Shown here piece by piece: positions 57,364 to 64,000 of a stretch of DNA of 64,000 nucleotides (position 1 is its first letter; every line of letters begins with the position of its first letter). A program made the translations under genes and the position numbers. Origin of the DNA: Candidatus Latescibacterota bacterium (GTDB lineage Bacteria; Latescibacterota; UBA2968; SICM01); contig CBDCJO010000002.1 in assembly GCA_965217865.1 (NCBI GenBank), positions 928,001-992,000 of the forward strand. The letters run 5' to 3'. The notes below the pieces were generated by a model. The model had not been told where the DNA came from and ran no database searches. It saw nothing but the letters and a program-made list of their open reading frames with translations.

Positions 57364-59340
57364 GTGATCGGGGAGTTCGAGGCAGAGCGTAAGCCGAAGG
57401 CAGAGGCCCCTTTCGAGAAAACCATCTTATCGTCCGGGGTGACGCCGAGGGCTGTGTTGATCGGGACCCTTCTGGGTGTCCTGCTGGCCTTCCTTGCCGT
57501 CAGCCAGCAGGCGATGGGAGGGGGGTTGGCAACCGATGCGTTCGGGACGGGGGCGTTATTCCTGCTGTTTTCGCTGATCTGTGTGGACGGTCTGCTGAAA
57601 AGGATCCGGATTATCCGATCTGGACTGAGACGGCAGGAGCTTCTCGTCGTCTTCTCGATGCTTCTGATGGTCTCGTCGGTCCCGATCAGTGGGACGGTGA
57701 TGTACCTGATCCCAAAGCTGGCCGGTTTCGCCCATTATGCCACACCGGAGAATGAGTGGGAAGGGCTTGTATTGCCTCTTCTGCCCGACGGCCTGGTCAT
57801 CAAGAATTCCGCTGTCGCGAAAGGATTCTTTGAAGGACTGGGGCCTGAGGAGGCGTTGCCGTATGGGGCCTGGATCGGACCCCTGGCCGCATGGGCGGTG
57901 CTATTGGCCGCCTTTTACTTCACGATGATCTCCCTGATGGTGATCTTTCGAAAACGGTGGATCGATCAGGAACGGTTGCCGTTTCCGATGGCGCAGGTTT
58001 CCCTGGCGATGGTGGAGAGCCAAACGAACGGGCGTCCGCTGCTGCGTAACACGGTATTCTGGATGGGGTTTTCGTTCTCTGCAGCCGAAAGGTTGTTGAG
58101 TCTCGCAAATCGGTTCATTCCCATGATCCGCCCGATCAATCTCTCCTTTTACATATTTTATCGCAACAAGATCCAGGTGATGGGCTATACCAATCTCATC
58201 GCAATCGGAATAAGCTATCTTGTTTCAGTCGAGATTTTGGGCAGCATTCTCCTGTTCACTCTTATCACTTATGTACAGCTTTATTCTCTGATGCTGTTCA
58301 GCAGCCCTCTCCTCGTCAGTCCGCCCTGGCGACCCCGCGTCATCTATGGCAATCTGCATCAGGAGGCATTCGGAGCGTTGATCGTGCTCGTGGGATTCGG
58401 GATCTATGAGGCTCGAGACCATCTGAGGGATGTGTTCCGCAAGGCCTTCCGATCCGATCCGGAGGTGGACGACCAGGATGAGATGCTTTCCTATCGGATG
58501 GCGGTGGTCGGATCGATCGTCTGCATCGCATTCATCAGCTTTTGGCTCTGGATGACTGGGATCTCAAAATGGGTGGTGCCCCTCTTTGTTTTAACGATGG
58601 TGGCGACCTTTCTGGGCGTGACAAGGATCCTGGCCGAGTCCGGCGTGGTGATGCAGGCCCCGCTGAGCCCCATGCAGGTGTTTCTTCACTCGGTCGGCAC
58701 CCGCATACTTGGGGGGGCCACCACAGCCGGATTTTTTCTAGCTCAACCGTGGGCCTTTGCCGATGGGGCGCATTATCGGATTCCCAACGGGTCGCACGTC
58801 ATGGCAAGCGCATCAACCGCTTTGAAGCTGACCTACCGACCCGGAGTCCGGACCCAGCCCCTTTTCTATGCCTGCTTCCTGGCCCTGATAGTCGGGGGTG
58901 TCACGGCTGCTACGGCTCTTGTCCATTATGCCTATGCTCTCGGAGGCTATGGGTTTGCGAAGAGCGGGTTTGTTGTCCAAAGCCTGAACTATCACCTCAA
59001 CTACTATGGAGGGGTCATAACGGATCCCACCGAGGGGCAACCTGTTAGACTCCTCTGGTCCGGTATCGGGGCCGTTGTCATGGGATTGCTGTTCTTTGCC
59101 CGAAAGCGGTTCTTCTGGTGGCCGATTCACCCGATAGGCTATCCCATCGGAACGATCTACCTGTCGTTCTGGTTCAATGTCTTCCTGGCGTGGCTGATCA
59201 AGCGGAATGTGTTGAAGTACGGCGGTCCGTCGCTGTACGGTCGTTCCAGGCCTTTCTTTTTCGGGTTGATTCTCGGTCAAGCCGTAATCTCGAACGCGGG
59301 ATCGATTATCGCGTTGCTGGCGGGACGTACCTGGCCATAG
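57364..59340 (+). CDS. DUF6785/DUF6784-type polytopic membrane protein (putative transporter)
   Basis: Motifs GVTPRAV..G, YATPENEW, PY.AW..PL..W, W.DQERLPFP, R..AE.G, WWPIHPIGY and KYGG..LY...RPFF.GLILG. Confidence 0.8.
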   Translation: MIGEFEAERKPKAEAPFEKTILSSGVTPRAVLIGTLLGVLLAFLAVSQQAMGGGLATDAFGTGALFLLFSLICVDGLLKRIRIIRSGLRRQELLVVFSMLLMVSSVPISGTVMYLIPKLAGFAHYATPENEWEGLVLPLLPDGLVIKNSAVAKGFFEGLGPEEALPYGAWIGPLAAWAVLLAAFYFTMISLMVIFRKRWIDQERLPFPMAQVSLAMVESQTNGRPLLRNTVFWMGFSFSAAERLLSLANRFIPMIRPINLSFYIFYRNKIQVMGYTNLIAIGISYLVSVEILGSILLFTLITYVQLYSLMLFSSPLLVSPPWRPRVIYGNLHQEAFGALIVLVGFGIYEARDHLRDVFRKAFRSDPEVDDQDEMLSYRMAVVGSIVCIAFISFWLWMTGISKWVVPLFVLTMVATFLGVTRILAESGVVMQAPLSPMQVFLHSVGTRILGGATTAGFFLAQPWAFADGAHYRIPNGSHVMASASTALKLTYRPGVRTQPLFYACFLALIVGGVTAATALVHYAYALGGYGFAKSGFVVQSLNYHLNYYGGVITDPTEGQPVRLLWSGIGAVVMGLLFFARKRFFWWPIHPIGYPIGTIYLSFWFNVFLAWLIKRNVLKYGGPSLYGRSRPFFFGLILGQAVISNAGSIIALLAGRTWP

Positions 59341-59439
59341 GGTGAACCCAGATGGGGTGTGAACAGTCGGCAGAATTTCCGGTTGCGAAAAGGAGGGGGG
59401 TCGGGGAAGAATCTTGAAGCCTTGAGAAGGGACTCCGTT

Positions 59440-60789
59440 TCAGAAGGTCTTTTTAAACAAATTTTTCACGAATTTCCGCCAGGGAGCCGGTTTTCGGTAT
59501 TCCTTTTCCGAAAGTTTATGAACTTCCATGTTTGAAAGCGCGTCCTTTAAATAGACCTGTAATTCAGGCCTGTCTTTGAAAATCTCCTTTTGTAAAATCT
59601 TTGCGTAAGATATCGAGGTCATCTCGCTGGAGGGTGAATAGAAATGAGCCACTTGCTGTCCAAGGCGAACCTGCATCCCAATATAAATCGCAAAGGCGAA
59701 TAATGTCATCGTGAAATATTTTTTCGTTTTCTCTGACAGGGCCAGTTGACAGAGGAGTAATGAAAGCCCAAGGGATGGGATATACAGAGTACGAGGATGC
59801 GGGGTCATCGTGGAATGGAGGGAGAAAAGAAAAATCCAACTCAATGCAAAAATGGTGTTTTGGTCTTTCCACCCGTGCCCCCCCCGATTGCGGAGCGAAA
59901 GGGTGAGAAAGAAAATGGCGCCGATGAATATTCCGATGACGATTCCAACGGCTGATTCGAAAAGATCCAAGGGAAGGAAATTATAAACCACGCCTTCTAT
60001 GTAATGGATAATCCTGCCGATGATAATTGTAAAGGTGGTGCTTCCTTTCAATTGGCTCTCTGTGAAATCGTAGGCGTTTGGGTTCAACCCCGCATGAGGG
60101 CCCTGAATTATGAATTTGGTTAGGACGTATCCCGCCAAGAAGAAGAGCGGAAACAGGAGTATGAGTAGCCTCCTGATCGGTAATTTCTTCGTCGGCCGGG
60201 ATTCTTTGAATTTTAACACACCCAACAGGACCATCCCTGGACCCCAGAGGAGGCTCACCTCTTTGGTCAAGAGGGAAATAAACCAAAACGCAGAAGCCAA
60301 TACGGCATGGACAAGCATAGGTTGATCCATCCTGCACATGGAGGTCCACACGATGGTAGCAGATAGAAGAAACAACATCGCAATCAGATCGTTGGATTCA
60401 CTGAGCCATACGATCGCATAGGCGTTTCCACCCAAAAGAGACCACGTGCATACGGTTAAAAAAGCAACAGGGGGCCTTGTGCCGATCCTGATAAGAATGA
60501 AATAGGCCAAACAACCGTTGATCATATGCAATGTTAGGCTCAAGAAGTGCATGGGAAATGAATTCAGCCCAAATAGGCTGTATAGAATCGACATCCACAA
60601 GGTATATATGGGTCTCCGATAGTTGGTTGTGTGCCAGAAATTATATTGCGACAAGGGGGTCAGGAGAGCGAAATCGTTTCCCACAAGGCCAAACGTGACG
60701 GATTGTCCATAGGTTATAAAAACCAGCGTGCAGAAAGCAACGTAGGGAAGATATTTGGATTTAATTATGTCGTTCGCTGTCGGATTCAT
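59440..60789 (-). CDS. Polytopic membrane protein, probable GT-C glycosyltransferase
   Basis: NDF after TM1, YRRP, H..SL.LH..N, SLLTKE and R.LYIPS.G (TMTC/ArnT-like pattern). Confidence 0.7.
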   Translation of the reverse strand: MNPTANDIIKSKYLPYVAFCTLVFITYGQSVTFGLVGNDFALLTPLSQYNFWHTTNYRRPIYTLWMSILYSLFGLNSFPMHFLSLTLHMINGCLAYFILIRIGTRPPVAFLTVCTWSLLGGNAYAIVWLSESNDLIAMLFLLSATIVWTSMCRMDQPMLVHAVLASAFWFISLLTKEVSLLWGPGMVLLGVLKFKESRPTKKLPIRRLLILLFPLFFLAGYVLTKFIIQGPHAGLNPNAYDFTESQLKGSTTFTIIIGRIIHYIEGVVYNFLPLDLFESAVGIVIGIFIGAIFFLTLSLRNRGGHGWKDQNTIFALSWIFLFSLHSTMTPHPRTLYIPSLGLSLLLCQLALSEKTKKYFTMTLFAFAIYIGMQVRLGQQVAHFYSPSSEMTSISYAKILQKEIFKDRPELQVYLKDALSNMEVHKLSEKEYRKPAPWRKFVKNLFKKTF

Positions 60790-60892
60790 ACCGGAATGTT
60801 TTCTTGTTATTTGATGGTTGTCCTAAATTTCTGGTTGGACGGAAATCCTGAATTACTTCAGGGGGGACTTTTTGACCACCGGATAACCGCAT

Positions 60893-60934
60893 AAAAAAAC
60901 GCCGGGGCCAGCCATGGCACACCGGCGGTCTTTT
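60893..60934 (-). terminator. Intrinsic terminator of the kor operon
   Basis: Minus-strand CGCCGG...GCCA/TGGC...CCGGCG hairpin followed by T7. Confidence 0.75.
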
Positions 60935-60954
60935 CAAAAATGATCACTGTAGGT

Positions 60955-61491
60955 TCAGTCTGAATTTCGGGTGGCAGCGGGACCAAGATTTGTGCCAATG
61001 AATTGCACCATTCCCCGGAATGAGGTGAGGGATTGGGGTCGTCCTTCGTCGTCTACAATCGGGATGTGGCGGAAGCCGTGGAGCGACATGAGATGGAGGG
61101 CGTGGGCGATCGGTACCGTGGCCTTGAGTGCGGTGGGATTGGATGTCATAACCTCAGAGACCGGGATGGCGGACAGATCGCGTACCTCGCCGGCGACTTT
61201 GTATAGAACGTCCCGTTCGGTAAAAATGCCGATCAGCTTTCCGTCCCCCCCAGTGATCAGCAAGGCCCCGACATTGTTGGACCTCAACTGTGAGATTACC
61301 TCATCGAGCGGGGTTTCCGGGAGGACGCAGATGGGCGGTGGGGGTTCCAGCACCGAGATGGGATCGTTCACGATGCTGAACTGGACCTCCGTGGATGGGG
61401 TTGAGATGTCTTCCTGCGTAAGGCTGGCCTGACACTCATCGCACTCATCCACGCCCGGGATGTTGTCGTGGCCGCAACTTGGACAAATCAT
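60955..61491 (-). CDS. Zinc-ribbon plus tandem CBS domain protein
   Basis: MICPSCGHDN..G.DECDEC, GIFTERD, VMT.NP and FRHIPIVD; TGATG overlap with the korB stop. Confidence 0.88.
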   Translation of the reverse strand: MICPSCGHDNIPGVDECDECQASLTQEDISTPSTEVQFSIVNDPISVLEPPPPICVLPETPLDEVISQLRSNNVGALLITGGDGKLIGIFTERDVLYKVAGEVRDLSAIPVSEVMTSNPTALKATVPIAHALHLMSLHGFRHIPIVDDEGRPQSLTSFRGMVQFIGTNLGPAATRNSD

Positions 61492-62549
61492 CAGGAGAGT
61501 CCTTCCGATCCATTGGAGACGACCCAAGTGTCAGTCGCGTGATACAATGTTGCCAGATCGCCCTCTCCTTTTTTCATGACGGCCTCCTCTCCCTGTTCGG
61601 TGAGCCGGTCGGTGTAAGTAGAGTGTTCCACGGACCGAAAAACCCCCAACGGGATGGGGAACTTCGGGGGCTCCATCCGGCTCAACATGAAGGCCAAGGA
61701 TTCGTCCCCCTCGTCGTGCACCATCAAGTCCGCTTCCGTGTATCCATTATCGCCTAAGGTCACGACTTCAGGAGCCAGGCCGTTCATTCGGATCCCCTTG
61801 TTACTCTCCTTTCCAAACACCATGGTTTTCCCGTGTTCGAGAAGGAGTGTGTTGTCATCACGGGTTTGGTTTTCCGTAAGGTGTTCCCAGGCGCCATCGT
61901 TAAAAACATTGCAGTTCTGGTAGATCTCGACGAACGATGTCCCCCGATGTTCTGCGGCGCGTTTCAACACCACCGGGAGGTGCTTTGCAAACACGTCGAC
62001 GGTGCGCGCCACGAACGTACCCTCTGCGCCAAGGGCGACCGAAAGGGAGTTGAACGAATGTTCGATGGACCCCATGGGTGAGGACTTGGTCACGTGACCC
62101 GGAAGGGAAGTGGGGGAATATTGTCCTTTTGTAAGGCCGTAGATCCGGTTGTTGAATAAAATGATTTGAAGGTCCACGTTCCTGCGAAGGCAGTGGAGGA
62201 GGTGGTTTCCGCCGATCGATAGGCTGTCTCCATCCCCCGAGATAACCCAGATGCTCAGGTCTGGATTTACGGCCTTTAAACCGGTCGCCAAGGTTGGGGC
62301 ACGGCCGTGAATGGAGTGGATGCCGTATGTATTCATGTAATAAGGAAAACGACTCGAGCAGCCGATCCCGGATATGAACACTGTTTTCTCGCGAGGGATA
62401 CCGAGGTCGGGGAGTACCTTTTGCATCTGGGAAAGGATTGCGTAATCCCCGCAGCCGGGACACCAGCGAACCTCCTGACCCGATACGAAGTCCTTCCGGG
62501 TCAGGGAGGGGGTGGTTGTCGGTGTTTGGGTTGATAAGCCAGAGGACAT
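61491..62549 (-). CDS. korB: 2-oxoacid:ferredoxin oxidoreductase beta subunit
   Basis: Motifs WCPGCGD, SGIGCSSR, HGRA, GDGD...IGGNH...NN.IYGLTKGQ.SPT and QNC.VFN. Confidence 0.93.
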   Translation of the reverse strand: MSSGLSTQTPTTTPSLTRKDFVSGQEVRWCPGCGDYAILSQMQKVLPDLGIPREKTVFISGIGCSSRFPYYMNTYGIHSIHGRAPTLATGLKAVNPDLSIWVISGDGDSLSIGGNHLLHCLRRNVDLQIILFNNRIYGLTKGQYSPTSLPGHVTKSSPMGSIEHSFNSLSVALGAEGTFVARTVDVFAKHLPVVLKRAAEHRGTSFVEIYQNCNVFNDGAWEHLTENQTRDDNTLLLEHGKTMVFGKESNKGIRMNGLAPEVVTLGDNGYTEADLMVHDEGDESLAFMLSRMEPPKFPIPLGVFRSVEHSTYTDRLTEQGEEAVMKKGEGDLATLYHATDTWVVSNGSEGLS

Positions 62550-62616
62550 CGAAGATCTCCAGACTGGAATAATATCCGTTCGGGTTCAGAACTCTAAAAA
62601 CAACGGCCCTTAAATT

Positions 62617-64000
62617 TCACCTGACCAACTCGTTGATCTTATCGAGGATCTCTTTGATTCTAAAAGGTTGCCCCCGTACTTTGGACAACTTTTCGACTCG
62701 AACGGGGTAGTTCCCGTTTAAAAGCAGGGCAAGCTGGCCGAGGTTCAGCTCAGGGACCAGGATCTTTTCAAACCCCTTCAGGATGTCGCCGAGGTTCCGG
62801 GGGAATGGATTGAGGTAGCGGAGGTGGGCGTGCGAGACGGATTCTCCGCTGACTTGGGCAGTATGCACTGCCGTTCGGATGGCTCCGAAAGTACTCCCCC
62901 AACCCACGACGAGCAGTTCTCCTTCTTCGGAACCGAATACTTCCTGCAAGGGGATCCTGTCGGCGATGCGGGCGATTTTCTCCGCCCGCACCTTCACGAT
63001 TCGTTCGTGGTCCTCAGGTGCGTAGGAGACGTTTCCCGTGATATCCTGTTTTCCCAGCCCCCCGATCCGGTGTTCCAGCCCTGCGGTCCCAGGAAGCGCC
63101 CATGGTCTGGCAAGGGTATCCGGATCGCGACTGTATGGCATGAACCCTTCGGGATCGGTCCGATGACGGATCCCGATCGGGGAAATCGTATCGGGGTCCG
63201 GAATGCGCCAGGGCTCCGAACTTTCCGCGAGGTATCCGTCTGAAAGATAGATGACCGGTGTCATGCTTTCAACTGCGATACGGAAGGCTTCAATGCTCAT
63301 GGTAAAACAATCTGCGGGCGTGCACGGGGCGATCACCGGGATGGGGCTTTCTCCGTTTCGCCCGAACATGACCTGGAGAAGGTCCGCCTGTTCGGTCTTG
63401 GTCGGAAGGCCCGTGCTGGGACCTCCTCTCTGGATGTTTGCGATAACCATCGGGAGTTCGAGAACGATGGCCAGATTCATGGCTTCGCTCTTCAAACATA
63501 TGCCGGGACCGCTGGTGCCCGTGGCAGCGAAGGCCCCCCCGAAGGCCGCGCCGATAACAGCCCCTATCGCGGAAATCTCGTCCTCCGCCTGGAAGGTCCG
63601 CACATCGAAATGTTTGACCATAGCGAGTTCGTGGAGCATGGAACTGGCCGGGGTGATCGGGTAGCTTCCATAGAAGAGTGTCTTGCCGGCGCGTCGCGCC
63701 GCGGTCACCATACCGAGAGCGGTCGCCTCCGTTCCGGTCACCTTCCGATAGACACCCGGGGCGGCGGGGGCTTTGAGCACCCGGTAGCGTGTGCGAAACG
63801 CTTCGGTGGTCTCACCGAAGTTGTAGCCGGCCTTCAGCGCCCGGGTGTTCGCCTCGACGATTTTGGGACGCTTACCGAATTTTTCATTGAACCAGTTGAC
63901 CGTCGGCTCCAAGGGCCGATCGTACATCCAGGACACGAGCCCCAGGGCAAACATGTTTTGTGAGCGGTCCTTCTCCTTGTTGGAGAGCCCGTCGATTTCC
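62617..64000 (-). CDS. korA: 2-oxoacid:ferredoxin oxidoreductase alpha subunit (5' part outside the window)
   Basis: Motifs YPITPAS, QAEDEI, TSGPG, QRGGPSTGLPTKTEQADL and ELNLGQL; the frame is open to the window edge. Confidence 0.93.
   Translation of the reverse strand, partial: EIDGLSNKEKDRSQNMFALGLVSWMYDRPLEPTVNWFNEKFGKRPKIVEANTRALKAGYNFGETTEAFRTRYRVLKAPAAPGVYRKVTGTEATALGMVTAARRAGKTLFYGSYPITPASSMLHELAMVKHFDVRTFQAEDEISAIGAVIGAAFGGAFAATGTSGPGICLKSEAMNLAIVLELPMVIANIQRGGPSTGLPTKTEQADLLQVMFGRNGESPIPVIAPCTPADCFTMSIEAFRIAVESMTPVIYLSDGYLAESSEPWRIPDPDTISPIGIRHRTDPEGFMPYSRDPDTLARPWALPGTAGLEHRIGGLGKQDITGNVSYAPEDHERIVKVRAEKIARIADRIPLQEVFGSEEGELLVVGWGSTFGAIRTAVHTAQVSGESVSHAHLRYLNPFPRNLGDILKGFEKILVPELNLGQLALLLNGNYPVRVEKLSKVRGQPFRIKEILDKINELVR

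Noticed and set aside
23751-62620. Other TGA-terminated redox genes as possible selenoproteins (frdB, sdhA, korA, korB)
   Set aside because: The proteins are full length at those stops, several stops overlap the next start codon, and there is no Cys-equivalent context.
1-64000. CRISPR arrays, tRNA/rRNA genes, prophage or defence genes
   Set aside because: By eye I found no regularly spaced repeats, cloverleafs, rRNA signatures or phage/defence motifs; short diverged elements could have been missed.
1-64000. Numerous 60-230 aa ORFs overlapping the called genes (for example 5309-5953, 19807-20478, 24492-25148, 52675-53361)
   Set aside because: Antisense or alternate-frame shadows of well-supported genes, with no recognisable motifs.

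Overview
Bacterial chromosomal window, roughly 50-58% GC by eye with AT-rich patches. The DUF6785/DUF6784-type membrane protein hints at a Latescibacterota/Poribacteria-like lineage (inference). In order: a miniature IS200/IS605 remnant and a decayed attC-like site (1-367); a ~17 kb surface-glycan cluster (ColD-like/gmd/fcl, GT2, GT4, GT-C, AsnB-like amidotransferase, heparinase II/III-like, UbiA-type polyprenyl-phosphate phosphoribosyltransferase, WecA); a sigma54-driven small protein; an ATP-grasp gene converging on nfuA plus a B12-radical SAM whose apparent TGA stop is very likely selenocysteine (WYC-U-AEP tail with a SECIS-like hairpin); csp, wecB and an HMA lipoprotein; two convergent complex II operons (frdABCD type and b558-type sdhCAB); a dual-specificity phosphatase with an apparent winged-helix insertion, glycerate kinase and TPR-parvulin; a putative lipid modification/export module (flippase-like, TolC, DUF3047, MlaC, radical SAM); a dcw cluster lacking mraY, murD and ddl, with a broken receiver gene where mraY-murD normally lie; a promoter-bearing rod-shaped ncRNA candidate divergent from mraZ; and korAB plus a Zn-ribbon-CBS gene. 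All family calls come from motif recognition by eye; no searches or folding programs were run.
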